Source: an uncultured virus (IMG/VR IMGVR_UViG_3300009703_000013)
Taxonomy: Duplodnaviria > Heunggongvirae > Uroviricota > Caudoviricetes
IMG/VR virus record: IMGVR_UViG_3300009703_000013
Reading direction: 5' to 3' (one strand)
Length of the DNA: 64,000 bases
Shown here: positions 47,290-57,170 of the stretch, piece by piece
Position numbering within the stretch: position 1 is the stretch's first letter
Layout: each line of letters starts with the position of its first letter
The notes under the pieces: model-generated
Database searches by the model: none
Seen by the model: only the letters and a program-made list of their open reading frames with translations
What the model was told of the DNA's origin: nothing
Translations under genes and position numbers: made by a program

Positions 47290-48914
47290 TCTGTATCCTT
47301 ATCTCTAACAACTGGTGACCATCTAGTACCATATTCATCTACTGATTCTCCTATTTCTTCATTGCCATCTAATATAAAACCAAATGGTGTCATATCTTGC
47401 TCTATTCTATCTTGATTATCTGCATACATTCTTTTTCTAATATCTTGATCTGTTAACTCTTTAAAATATCTTTGATCTGTTGCCCATGAAAATAAAACTA
47501 AACACATTACTAAATCATCATTACTACCTTCCTCTGCTTGAAATTGATTACCATGAACAATGTAAGTTGATAATTCATTTATTATATCAAAATCATCTAC
47601 GAGTAATTTATCTGTCTCTATTAATTGTTTTAAGTTAGAACATCCTACTTTTTTAACTGCCTTTGTTGTTCTTACACCTAATTGTGCTTTACCACCAGAA
47701 AATCCACTACCCATAACTTGACCAGCACGTCCTCTCATATAACACATAATTATATTATCATATTCTAAATCAAAATGTAAGTTGTTTGATACTTGCTCTC
47801 CTATATCGTTTACTTCAACTAAAACATATGCATGATTATATGCTCTAGCAACATGGTGTATTTTATGTGGAAATAGTAAGGGTTTTATTTCGTTATCTTT
47901 AAATGATGCAACTACTTTATATGGTATTTCTGAAACATCAATAACAGTAAATGCTGATGCATCGTTTTTAGTTCCACGTGCAACATCAGCTGTTACAACA
48001 TAAGTGTGATCTTTTTTAGGATTTTCATAAACATTTAATCCCTCATGTTTTACAATAGGTTCTTTGTAAGTCATTTGTCTTAATTTTGCAGAGTTAACAA
48101 GTGTGTTAGTAGAACCTAAAAACTCACATTCAAACTCTGTTTGGAATTGTTGTTCACTTGTATTTGCGATAGTTTCTTGTTTCCATTTTTCATCTCTACC
48201 TGGTACTTCCGACCAATGTACTTCTATAGGTACATAAGTGTTTCTTTTATATTGTGCATCATTCCATAATTTATAGAACATGTTCATACCATGTGGTGTA
48301 GATACAATAATTACTTTTGTTGTTTTACCAGAAGAGATTGTAGGATAAACTGAACTAAAAAATTGTTCAGCAACATTTGATGGTACATATGCAAACTCAT
48401 CAAGAAATATTATATTGTATGAACCTCCTCTAACTGCTGATGCTGATGTAGATGATGCTAGTATTTTACTTCCATTTTCTAATTCTAAACTTCCTTTGTT
48501 CCATGACATTACTCCTTGTTGTAACCATTTAGGTAAGTTTTCGTATGCGAGTTGTAATCTACCTAATAAGTCTCTAGCAGTTGCAGCTTTGTTTGCAAGT
48601 ATTGCTATGTTAACACTAGGATTAAATAATGCATAATGTAAAAGATAAGCAATCATAACAGTTGATTTACCTGATTGTCTAGGAAGTTTGCAAATAGTAA
48701 ATCTATTACTATGAAAAGTGCCAATCATTTCTTTTTGAAAATTATAAGGTTTAAACTTGACTAATCCCTCGTCAAGTGATATAATCTTTATGTAGTTCGT
48801 GATAAAGTATAAAGGGTTATTCATACATTTTTGATATTCTTCAATCTCAGCTTGTGACCACTCTTTAGGTTGGTTAGCTTTTTTTAGATTTGGATTACCT
48901 AGATAACTTTCCAT
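47283..48914 (-). CDS. 17: Terminase large subunit gp17
   Basis: YLGNPNLK, PRQSGKST, FLDEFA, STPHG, F.TEFEC.F.GS, DDLVM. Confidence 0.98.
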   Translation of the reverse strand: MESYLGNPNLKKANQPKEWSQAEIEEYQKCMNNPLYFITNYIKIISLDEGLVKFKPYNFQKEMIGTFHSNRFTICKLPRQSGKSTVMIAYLLHYALFNPSVNIAILANKAATARDLLGRLQLAYENLPKWLQQGVMSWNKGSLELENGSKILASSTSASAVRGGSYNIIFLDEFAYVPSNVAEQFFSSVYPTISSGKTTKVIIVSTPHGMNMFYKLWNDAQYKRNTYVPIEVHWSEVPGRDEKWKQETIANTSEQQFQTEFECEFLGSTNTLVNSAKLRQMTYKEPIVKHEGLNVYENPKKDHTYVVTADVARGTKNDASAFTVIDVSEIPYKVVASFKDNEIKPLLFPHKIHHVARAYNHAYVLVEVNDIGEQVSNNLHFDLEYDNIIMCYMRGRAGQVMGSGFSGGKAQLGVRTTKAVKKVGCSNLKQLIETDKLLVDDFDIINELSTYIVHGNQFQAEEGSNDDLVMCLVLFSWATDQRYFKELTDQDIRKRMYADNQDRIEQDMTPFGFILDGNEEIGESVDEYGTRWSPVVRDKDTDW

Positions 48915-49866
48915 TTACATAAACCTCTTTATATCTATTTGTGTTTTTCATTTTAGAAGAACATTTTGATTTACAAAAATCTGGCACATCTCCGTTTGTA
49001 ATTTTATCAAAAAAATCTTTCCACGCTTTACTATTTACTATATCTTTTACTTTATTATTATTTAGATTGTTGCTAGCATCTAATAATGGTTCATATCTTT
49101 TATCAACTTGTTTACCATGTAATACGTCTGCATCTAACCAACAACACGGTAATACTTGTTTTGTTGTTGATACATATGGCAATCTTTCTTGAGTCATATA
49201 TGTATCATCTAACATACTTAAACACTTTGGTCTAAACTCTTCTTTTTCTTCTTCTATTTTTTCTTTGAATTTTTTATTTTTTGGTTCTAAAAAATCATTA
49301 GTTCTACCAGAGTAATTTAATTCTAAAGTAACTCCAATATCTTTTGCCATTTGTATTGCTTGTGTTATCTTATCTTCATTATAACTAAAAACAATATATT
49401 GCCATTTACAATCTATACCCATTTCACTAGCAGTTTTCATTACTTCAAATAATTTTTCACCATCTTGATTTTGTCTGTAAACAAAACTTTGATATGGAAG
49501 ACCATCTATACCAAAACGCCATTCTGCTTTTGGATGAGCTCTAAATGCATCAATATAAAACTCTATAGGTTTTTGTGAAGCTGCATTACTAATAGATACA
49601 TGAACATTTTTAGAACATGCAATACGAAGCATTTCAATTAAATTAGGATTAAATATAGGGTCGCCAAATGTGCCATTAAGAGTTAATGCTGAAAAGTGGT
49701 CAGTTAAGTCTTTCCATTCATCAATTGTTAAATCGCCACCAGGTATATCTTTAGTTTTGTAATCCCAAATAGAACGAGCACATTGAGAACATTGCAATGT
49801 ACATTTATTTGTAATATCTAAATCTAAACCTCTATTTTTAAAGCCATCATTTTTATAATCAATCAT
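48895..49866 (-). CDS. Radical SAM/SPASM protein inserted between the terminase genes
   Basis: CTLQCSQC, GDPIFNP, FGIDG, VLPCC, FCKSKC. Confidence 0.88.
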   Translation of the reverse strand: MIDYKNDGFKNRGLDLDITNKCTLQCSQCARSIWDYKTKDIPGGDLTIDEWKDLTDHFSALTLNGTFGDPIFNPNLIEMLRIACSKNVHVSISNAASQKPIEFYIDAFRAHPKAEWRFGIDGLPYQSFVYRQNQDGEKLFEVMKTASEMGIDCKWQYIVFSYNEDKITQAIQMAKDIGVTLELNYSGRTNDFLEPKNKKFKEKIEEEKEEFRPKCLSMLDDTYMTQERLPYVSTTKQVLPCCWLDADVLHGKQVDKRYEPLLDASNNLNNNKVKDIVNSKAWKDFFDKITNGDVPDFCKSKCSSKMKNTNRYKEVYVNGKLSR

Positions 49867-50269
49867 CCTTTTTCTTTTTCAATAGTTTTTGTAGTTCGGC
49901 TGTTGAACCTACATACAAAGCATTAGTTACATTTTTGGGAGCATTGTTAGGAACTTCTTTTAATTTTTTCATCTTCTCTTGTAGATCACCAAGTTTTTCT
50001 GTTACCTCAGAAACTTGTTTAATTAAATTACCAGCAACTTCGTATGCTCTTGGATGGTCAGAGTTTTGAGCAATATCTAATATTCCTTGTATTGCGTCTT
50101 GTCCTCTTTCAACTAAATTGTAAAAATTTTCTCTTTGATATTTGTAATCAGAATCTATATCCTCGTCTTCTTTTGGTCTAGGTATAATTTTTTTAGGTTC
50201 TGATTTTATAAGTTCTTTATCTTTAACACCTAAAGCGTCATTGATAATTTCGTCAATTTTATCTGCCAT
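49859..50269 (-). CDS. 16: Terminase small subunit gp16
   Basis: DYKYQR, HPRAYEVAG.LIK, NALYVGSTAELQKLL. Confidence 0.95.
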   Translation of the reverse strand: MADKIDEIINDALGVKDKELIKSEPKKIIPRPKEDEDIDSDYKYQRENFYNLVERGQDAIQGILDIAQNSDHPRAYEVAGNLIKQVSEVTEKLGDLQEKMKKLKEVPNNAPKNVTNALYVGSTAELQKLLKKKKDD

Positions 50270-50275
50270 AATTTA

Positions 50276-51076
50276 TTACTCATCACTACCTTTATCTTCA
50301 TTGTAGTTTTTTGCGTCTTCATAGAAAGCTGTAGTTTCGTTAAATCCAAAATCATCATCTGCACTAGCAGTTGCTGGTGAAGGTGTAACTGTATATCTTT
50401 GCTCTCTTGTTGGTGACTTATCAGGTAAGTCTGTATATTGGTCAACTTGAACTCTTTTAATAACTTTACTATCTGTTACTGGTCCGTATAGATAAAATTT
50501 AGAAGTGAAATTTAATGTGTAGATAATTGCTCTTCTTTCTGTAAAGTCACCTCTATAACTATCTTCATATCCAATAGAATTTAAAATAATTGGTACATCT
50601 CTTTTGATACCCATATCTGACATATCATTAATTGTAACAGTATAATCTGGTTGAAAGAAAGGTAGTATTTGTTCTATGATTTGTAAAGCATCATCTGATT
50701 GTTTTGCCATAATAAACAATTCAAAATCTAAGTTATATGGCACTGGCATAAATTGAGTTTCTAATTGACTTGTAGTACCAGATTTTGCTTTTTTAAATTT
50801 TTGAACTCTGTTTAATTTTCTTGTAGTATCGTATGCCATGTTTTGAATTTCAAAACCAATACGAGGTAAAGTAATTGCTACTTTACTTGTTAGATCAGCA
50901 TCTTGATCTAATCTTGCTAGAAACTTTTGTTTTGGTCCATATGCTAAAGGCACTTTCATTTTTTGAATGATTGTACCATTATTATCTTTTCTAACTAAAT
51001 TGATATTATTAAATATCGTACCAAATGAGACAACCATCTTTCTGATTGTTTCGTGATAAAATTGTGTTCCTAACAT
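50276..51076 (-). CDS. 15: Tail sheath stabiliser gp15
   Basis: FGTIFNNI, VPLAYGPKQKF, LPRIGFE, QIIEQILPFFQP. Confidence 0.96.
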   Translation of the reverse strand: MLGTQFYHETIRKMVVSFGTIFNNINLVRKDNNGTIIQKMKVPLAYGPKQKFLARLDQDADLTSKVAITLPRIGFEIQNMAYDTTRKLNRVQKFKKAKSGTTSQLETQFMPVPYNLDFELFIMAKQSDDALQIIEQILPFFQPDYTVTINDMSDMGIKRDVPIILNSIGYEDSYRGDFTERRAIIYTLNFTSKFYLYGPVTDSKVIKRVQVDQYTDLPDKSPTREQRYTVTPSPATASADDDFGFNETTAFYEDAKNYNEDKGSDE

Positions 51077-51085
51077 TTTCTATTC

Positions 51086-52093
51086 CTATTCTCCAGCATC
51101 ACCAAAAGGGTTTCTTTCAGAGAAGTCTAGTATTGAATCATCTGCTTTATCAAATAATTCATTTTGACTTGTTACATCTATTGTACCGTCACCAATTATA
51201 TATGTCTCTTGGATTAGGTAGTTTGAACTTACAGAGTCATCTGCTTGTTCAAGTAATACGTTTTCACCGACAGACCTACTATCGTCTTCGTGTACAACAA
51301 CATCATTATCTTCCATTAATAACGTATCAGTTTGTGATGCGTTTGTAAAGAATTCCAATGCAATACTTTCGTTATATGCACTTGTTGATTCAAGTGTAAA
51401 CTGATGGCCTAAAGTATCTGTTGTTAAAGCATCTTCAATAGCATCAACATCTGTAACGCCAGTATTTAGTTCCTCGCTAGAGTATTCAAACTGTCTGCAT
51501 CTTAATTTGTAAACAGGGTTGTTGTCTAATTGATGAAATGGTTCATCATGATCTACAAAAGATATTTCAAATAATTTTTTAAGTATAGGATGAAAAACTA
51601 AATCACCCTCTAATGGTCTTGTTGCAAACTCGCCAAGTGTATCATCTTCTTTTCTTAAATAAGCAGTTTCAAAAGAAGCGCTGTCATTGTTAGTAGTGTC
51701 AGCAGTAATAGTACCACTCTCTAAAAGTATTGAACCTTCAGTAGTATCTGTACCACTTTCTATATCTATTTGACGAGCAACATCATCAAATCTTTTTCTA
51801 TGTACAACAAAAGTAATTTCGTTTCTATTCTCTAGACCAAACTGTTGCATGACTTCTTTCTCACCTTGAAATCCACCAGATGAGTCTTCAACATACATTT
51901 CAATTGTTTGAGATTTATTAAATTGTGATAAACTATCTTCGCCAAAGATATTATCTCTAGCTTGTAAAGTTCTATCTATATAATTTACATCATGTCCGTA
52001 GATTTGTATAGACTCTTTTACTAAGTCTGAATACAAGTTTTTTTCTACATCGAGAGTAGTATTGTCTGTTTTAAATAGACTGTTGACAGCCAT
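51086..52093 (-). CDS. 14: Neck protein gp14 (with insertions)
   Basis: ESIQIYGHDV.Y, RPLEGDLVF, FEISFV.H..PF.QL, FSERNPFG. Confidence 0.93.
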   Translation of the reverse strand: MAVNSLFKTDNTTLDVEKNLYSDLVKESIQIYGHDVNYIDRTLQARDNIFGEDSLSQFNKSQTIEMYVEDSSGGFQGEKEVMQQFGLENRNEITFVVHRKRFDDVARQIDIESGTDTTEGSILLESGTITADTTNNDSASFETAYLRKEDDTLGEFATRPLEGDLVFHPILKKLFEISFVDHDEPFHQLDNNPVYKLRCRQFEYSSEELNTGVTDVDAIEDALTTDTLGHQFTLESTSAYNESIALEFFTNASQTDTLLMEDNDVVVHEDDSRSVGENVLLEQADDSVSSNYLIQETYIIGDGTIDVTSQNELFDKADDSILDFSERNPFGDAGE

Positions 52094-52097
52094 GACA

Positions 52098-52910
52098 TTA
52101 ACCCTTCATTATTAGATCGGGGTATTGCATGTTTTGTATTTGTTCTTCTAGTCTAGTTATTTCTTCTTGAGCTTGAGTAAATATTTGTTCACCATTCATA
52201 GTGACACCACCTAACATTTGAACCTCATTGAACTTAGACAAGTTTTGACCCCATTGTTTTTTTATTAATGCAGTTGCATATCTTTTAAGATGCATATCGT
52301 TAAATAAATCTGTATATGTGGCAGGGTCAAGCTTTCTATAACATTCAATAATTAAGTAATCATTTTCGCTTATGTCATTTGTCCAATCCATATCAATATA
52401 TAATCTTCTTTGATGTTCATAAAATCTTAATGGACTTTCGCCTACCAATAAATGTGACAAGTAATCTAAATGTTGCATTGTCATTTCGTAATGTATAATA
52501 CTTGTTGAAGAGAAATCATACAGGTCATTCAATCTTAATTGATATCTTATATCAAACATATTATTAGTAGCTGCGTTATCAAAACTAAAAATGTTTAGTA
52601 CTGAAACTACTGAGTCAGGCATAGGGATGAAGTTTTTACCTTCTTGAAAAGATGCTGTGATTGAACTATCTGCAACGTCTGTCGCAGTTGTAGTTATATT
52701 TTCACTACCTCTAGTTATGTCTGCTGCTGTAATTTTGTATTTGAGATACATCTTCTCAATACCATCGTAATAGTAATGAGAAAAATATTGTAGTGCTTCG
52801 TCTAATCTATCGTCTGCTTGATCGTCTGTTATATTGATTTGTACAGCACCCTTACCTAAGTTTCTTAGGCAATATTCTTTTAATGTACTCTTTGAATTTG
52901 GAATGGCCAT
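52098..52910 (-). CDS. 13: Neck protein gp13
   Basis: LKEYCLRNLG, YATALIKKQWGQNLSKF, GGVTMNG. Confidence 0.96.
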   Translation of the reverse strand: MAIPNSKSTLKEYCLRNLGKGAVQINITDDQADDRLDEALQYFSHYYYDGIEKMYLKYKITAADITRGSENITTTATDVADSSITASFQEGKNFIPMPDSVVSVLNIFSFDNAATNNMFDIRYQLRLNDLYDFSSTSIIHYEMTMQHLDYLSHLLVGESPLRFYEHQRRLYIDMDWTNDISENDYLIIECYRKLDPATYTDLFNDMHLKRYATALIKKQWGQNLSKFNEVQMLGGVTMNGEQIFTQAQEEITRLEEQIQNMQYPDLIMKG

Positions 52911-53694
52911 GTATTTTTCCTTTTAAGTATTTATCTAAATCCCTTTTTGGTCGCCATCCCAAAGATAATATGTCCTTGATATTTGCAGTATTATCAAGAC
53001 TTTCGCCACTATGACCTTCTTTTGTTGGTATATTTTTAAAGTATTTATCGACCAATTCGTTTACTTTTATGCCTTTTCCACTTGCAATCTCATATGTGTG
53101 TTGTGTCCAATCCATATAAAACTCTTTTCTATATATGAACAATTTTATCGCATCAACAACATCTAACACATGTATAAAATCTCTAGTATGTTCAGTCTTA
53201 TATTCTAGTGTTCCGTCAATCATCTTTTGAGTTAACATAGTAGGTCTACAACCATCACCAAAAACATTTGTAAATCTTAATCCTATATGTTTACCTGTTG
53301 CTTTTGCTACAGCTTCCATTGCTTTTTTAGAACCTGCATATGGGTTCTTCCACCAATAATGTGCGTTTGATGATGACGCATAAACACATGGTGTTTTATT
53401 TTCAGCACACAATTTAAACAAATTTGTTGACCATTCAACATTTGTTTCGTACCATTTATCTGGGTTATCAAAAGATTTACGTACATCTGCTAGAGCTGCT
53501 AAATGTACAACTCTGTCAATATCTTCTAACGTTTCTTTTGTAATATCTTTAAAGTTTCTAAACGCAGGTTGTCCTAATTCATTTCTACCATGCAAATCCC
53601 ACTTTGAAACTTCGTGGCCATCTAATTCTAACTCTTCGACAAGATTACGACCTATAAATCCTTGAGAGCCAGTTACTAATATTTTCATTGACAA
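52852..53694 (-). CDS. NAD-dependent epimerase/dehydratase
   Basis: LVTGSQGFIG, HLAA, YASS, YAGSK, RDFIHV.D. Confidence 0.92.
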   Translation of the reverse strand: MSMKILVTGSQGFIGRNLVEELELDGHEVSKWDLHGRNELGQPAFRNFKDITKETLEDIDRVVHLAALADVRKSFDNPDKWYETNVEWSTNLFKLCAENKTPCVYASSSNAHYWWKNPYAGSKKAMEAVAKATGKHIGLRFTNVFGDGCRPTMLTQKMIDGTLEYKTEHTRDFIHVLDVVDAIKLFIYRKEFYMDWTQHTYEIASGKGIKVNELVDKYFKNIPTKEGHSGESLDNTANIKDILSLGWRPKRDLDKYLKGKIHGHSKFKEYIKRILPKKLR

Positions 53695-53716
53695 TTCCTA
53701 TATAAATATCTATAAT
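53688..53716 (+). promoter_or_regulatory. Perfect sigma70 promoter with an embedded late promoter
   Basis: TTGACA (53688), 17 nt, TATAAT (53711); TATAAATA at 53701-53708. Confidence 0.8.
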
Positions 53717-53736
53717 GTTATGTACATATTAACAAA

Positions 53737-54630
53737 TTGAAGGTGATTATGTCAAGGGTTATTTACTCAATATATATCGATATTCCTAAAGAAAAATTAG
53801 ACTTACACGATACACACATTCTTAAAAAGAACGAAACGCCAATGAATCTTAAAATGAAACAGGCGTTTATAGATCACTATGATTGGCTCGTAGAAACGAA
53901 AAAACGCTATGCAGACAAGATAGGTGCAGATTTTCAAATGTATGAATACGATGAAGATTACATTAAGTTTCATGAAGAGTACTCAAAAAAATATCCATTT
54001 CTTACAGATTATAATATAGTAAACAAATATAAATTACATATTCTAGATAGACTTGTTAATTACAAAGATGAAGTATTGTATCTAGACTTTGATGCCATAC
54101 CGACTACTAACGAATCCTTTTTTGACGTATGGGATTTAAATAAGGGTATTGCCATATTACATAACAACGATAAGATAAGAGACCCAGGGCAACATATACA
54201 TCGTATCAATGGTACTATTCGTTCACCGTCAGCAAAATACTTTAATGCAATGGCAATGTTAGAAGAGACAGATAATAAACCTCAATGTGATGTAGTAAAT
54301 ACTGCTATCATCGGTGCAACAAAAGAACATTGGAAAAAGTTAAAATATTTTGATGATTTAAAACAATCATTTGATTTAATGACATATTTAAAAAGTGATG
54401 AGTATCAATCTATGTATCCACCAAATATAACTAAAACATTTGGATATGATAATGAAACTATATTTACATATAAGTTAGTTGCAAATAATGTGTCAGTTCA
54501 ATGGTTAAATTATCAATGGCATTTCTTTTATGATAATAATAGAGGTATCCCTCAAGATGCAAAAATAGTACATGCAATAAACAAAGAATTTGAAAGAGTA
54601 AAACAATTTTATGAAAAACTTAATCTTTAG
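53737..54630 (+). CDS. GT-A fold glycosyltransferase-like protein
   Basis: YA..IGADF, VLYLDFD (DxD), VNTAII, NETIF, WH, IVHAINK. Confidence 0.7.
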   Translation: MKVIMSRVIYSIYIDIPKEKLDLHDTHILKKNETPMNLKMKQAFIDHYDWLVETKKRYADKIGADFQMYEYDEDYIKFHEEYSKKYPFLTDYNIVNKYKLHILDRLVNYKDEVLYLDFDAIPTTNESFFDVWDLNKGIAILHNNDKIRDPGQHIHRINGTIRSPSAKYFNAMAMLEETDNKPQCDVVNTAIIGATKEHWKKLKYFDDLKQSFDLMTYLKSDEYQSMYPPNITKTFGYDNETIFTYKLVANNVSVQWLNYQWHFFYDNNRGIPQDAKIVHAINKEFERVKQFYEKLNL

Positions 54631-55450
54631 TATCTGGCGACCTGCAAAGATAGAAAAAAACTTTGAAGATAAAAGAACACACGTAAACAATCAATTAGAA
54701 AAATACTTTGATAAATTAGTTGACAATAAAAAACTATATGCAAATAAGATAGGTGCAGAGTTTAAATTGTTAGAACCAAAGAGTGATCTTTTTGATAATA
54801 TGAATTTTGAAAAACTATTTTTACTTGATGAGTTTGCATATGATTATGATAATGTTTTATATCTAGATTTAGATGTTATTGCTAATACTACTAAAAGTTT
54901 CTTTGATAAGTTTAACATGAATACTTTAATATGTAGATATGAACCATGTACTAGATATGATAGAATGGGATTACATGCTTTGTTAGACACAATGGTTAAT
55001 GATACCGAAGAGAAGAGAAAATATATTCAACATCTAAAACAAAAAGGTGAGTTTGTAAAATTTGCTAGAGAATATATTGATGAACACTTTGAAGAAGCGT
55101 GGTCTAAACTAGACAAATATCATTGGATGAAAAAAGGTCAAGAAGTACAAAAGATAATACCAGATGGTGAACATTGGATTTTCAATACAGGTATTACTGG
55201 TGGAGGTTCTGATATAATAAAAAAATTAAATATTCATAAACACTACGAAGAGTTTAAGAAACTTGATGTTCAACAAAACAATGAAGTATTTTTAACTTGG
55301 TTAGTAAAGAAAGAAAAGTTTCCTCTTACTCAACTACCTGAATGGTGGCATTACAATTGTTTAAAATCAGATGACAAGATTGCCAATGCATGTATGTGGC
55401 ATGTAACAGATAAAAACTTTGAAAGAGTTTTTAGACTTGTGAATTTTTAA
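54611..55450 (+). CDS. GT-A fold glycosyltransferase-like protein (paralog of the upstream gene)
   Basis: YA..IGAEF, VLYLDLD, FNTG, NNEVF, WWH, WHVTDK. Confidence 0.7.
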   Translation: MKNLIFSIWRPAKIEKNFEDKRTHVNNQLEKYFDKLVDNKKLYANKIGAEFKLLEPKSDLFDNMNFEKLFLLDEFAYDYDNVLYLDLDVIANTTKSFFDKFNMNTLICRYEPCTRYDRMGLHALLDTMVNDTEEKRKYIQHLKQKGEFVKFAREYIDEHFEEAWSKLDKYHWMKKGQEVQKIIPDGEHWIFNTGITGGGSDIIKKLNIHKHYEEFKKLDVQQNNEVFLTWLVKKEKFPLTQLPEWWHYNCLKSDDKIANACMWHVTDKNFERVFRLVNF

Positions 55451-56129
55451 TTTCTATTAAAGTCTGTATTACTTCTAAAGGTGTTTTTGCTTTTCTTAAT
55501 TTAGACTTAATTTCTTTATCTTCAGATTTCTGAACCATATCTAATTCAAAAGCTGCAAGTTTACAAACAAACAAATCTTCTTTTTGTTTTTCTTCATCAA
55601 AAGGACCAAAGAATAATTTAATTGATTGTGTATAAAATTTAGTATCTACTTTCGCACTATTACTTTCTGAATCGTAATACGCTACTGGGTCAATAAGATA
55701 ACCTTCTTTTTTTCCTAGACGTATAGCAAATTCTTTGAATGATGCTTCTTCAGCTTTAATTCTTTGATAAGTATTTTCCATGATCTCATCTTTGTCAGTT
55801 AATTGATATACTTGTTCAACTAACCAAGCTCTTGATGGGTCTGTCTCTTCAAAATCAAACTCAAGTCTTTCAGAACCACCATCATCTTCATAGAAGATTC
55901 TCATAGTTGTTCTTTCAGAGTTAGTATATTCTGCTCTATTAAAAGTAACAATCTTAGAACCTAAGTCAATTTCTTTTTTACTATGATCAGGTTTTGGTTT
56001 ACCTTCAATAGGTGTTTCGGGTGCTTTATGGATTTCTTTTTGAACTTTTACTTTATTACCATTATGATCTATATAAGTTATAGTATCGTCAAGACTAATA
56101 CGTCTATCTTCGTGCATTTTTTTTAGCAT
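55431..56129 (-). CDS. Hypothetical protein
   Basis: 232 aa with SD; C-terminus LF..KL..FE...V..S....K..LRKAK recurs in marine phage proteins. Confidence 0.7.
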   Translation of the reverse strand: MLKKMHEDRRISLDDTITYIDHNGNKVKVQKEIHKAPETPIEGKPKPDHSKKEIDLGSKIVTFNRAEYTNSERTTMRIFYEDDGGSERLEFDFEETDPSRAWLVEQVYQLTDKDEIMENTYQRIKAEEASFKEFAIRLGKKEGYLIDPVAYYDSESNSAKVDTKFYTQSIKLFFGPFDEEKQKEDLFVCKLAAFELDMVQKSEDKEIKSKLRKAKTPLEVIQTLIEIKNSQV

Positions 56130-56163
56130 TCACTCACTCCTTAATAACAAAAGTTATTATATA

Positions 56164-57129
56164 TTATTCTCTGTTTATTTTAAAGTTAAAAGTACTAATC
56201 GTTGCTGATGAACCATTAGGGAACTTTTGTGATCTGTAATCGTCACCACCTACAAATCTGTTTGTTTCTGTGCCTGAACCATCTAGTTTAGTATCAACCA
56301 TAGAGTCACCTCTAGTTTCACCAGAACCGTTAATATTATATCTAATATTATGATCAGCTGCATTATCATCACTAGCTGCAAGGTCTCTGATAAATTGTTC
56401 TAACACGTCTGTAATATCAGCTGCATCATCACCTGAAGTTGCGTATTCTTTTAAGTCATTGTTACTATCAATGTACAATAAGTTTTTAGATGGTGTAATC
56501 GCTGTTGCATCTTGTCTATGTAAGTAATAGTTGTTTACTGTAGATGAATGATCTTGAAAAGTACCTGATGTTCCAATTTGGTCAGAGCTATAAGAACCTG
56601 TATCTGCTCTTGTATCTGTAAATACAGCAGTCGATGATATCAAAGTAAAACCAGTAACCGATGTACTTGTTTTGATAGCAAATGTTCCACCAAAGTCACC
56701 TGTATTTCCCTCTGAGGAAGCAGTCATTAATACGATTGCTGGTTTGATAAAAGTATCTAGAAAGTCAGTAAGTGACATCGCTTGTATAGAACCTGAACCA
56801 TCATAGTAAACAGGAAAAGATTTACCTGTATCTGAAAGTGTTGATGCGTTAGTAACAGCGTTACCCGATATATGGTCAAAGTTTGTAGTGACCGTTGTTA
56901 GTGAACCTGAACCAGGGTGAGATGATGCTTGTTGAGTAGCTGCACTTGATCTAAATCTAGTGTCTGCCATAGTTGGTGATAAATCACCAGAGTTGGCTGC
57001 AACTGAACAAACTACACTTGGATTACCTGCATACATTGAGATAGCTTTTCTTTGCCACTCAAGTAATTGAGCTGAACTCATTTCTACTAAATTACCACTA
57101 TCGTAATATAACGGGTTTCTTGCTGTCAT
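56164..57129 (-). CDS. Virion structural protein (tail/baseplate associated)
   Basis: Ser/Thr/Gly-rich; internal P(L/V)YYD..G...MS repeats; DDYRSQKFPNG. Confidence 0.7.
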   Translation of the reverse strand: MTARNPLYYDSGNLVEMSSAQLLEWQRKAISMYAGNPSVVCSVAANSGDLSPTMADTRFRSSAATQQASSHPGSGSLTTVTTNFDHISGNAVTNASTLSDTGKSFPVYYDGSGSIQAMSLTDFLDTFIKPAIVLMTASSEGNTGDFGGTFAIKTSTSVTGFTLISSTAVFTDTRADTGSYSSDQIGTSGTFQDHSSTVNNYYLHRQDATAITPSKNLLYIDSNNDLKEYATSGDDAADITDVLEQFIRDLAASDDNAADHNIRYNINGSGETRGDSMVDTKLDGSGTETNRFVGGDDYRSQKFPNGSSATISTFNFKINRE

Positions 57130-57170
57130 AATTATCCTTTATACTATACTTATATACCTTTTGTCAACTA

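Noticed and set aside
4224..48914. Introns or inteins in gp41, uvsX, gp43, gp46, uvsW, gp20 or gp17
   Set aside because: All are continuous and of ordinary length, with no intein terminal motifs.
57138..57167. Sigma70 promoter upstream of the 56164-57129 gene
   Set aside because: TTGACA is present, but the -10 at 18 nt (TATAAA) is imperfect and the context is late structural genes; too weak to call.
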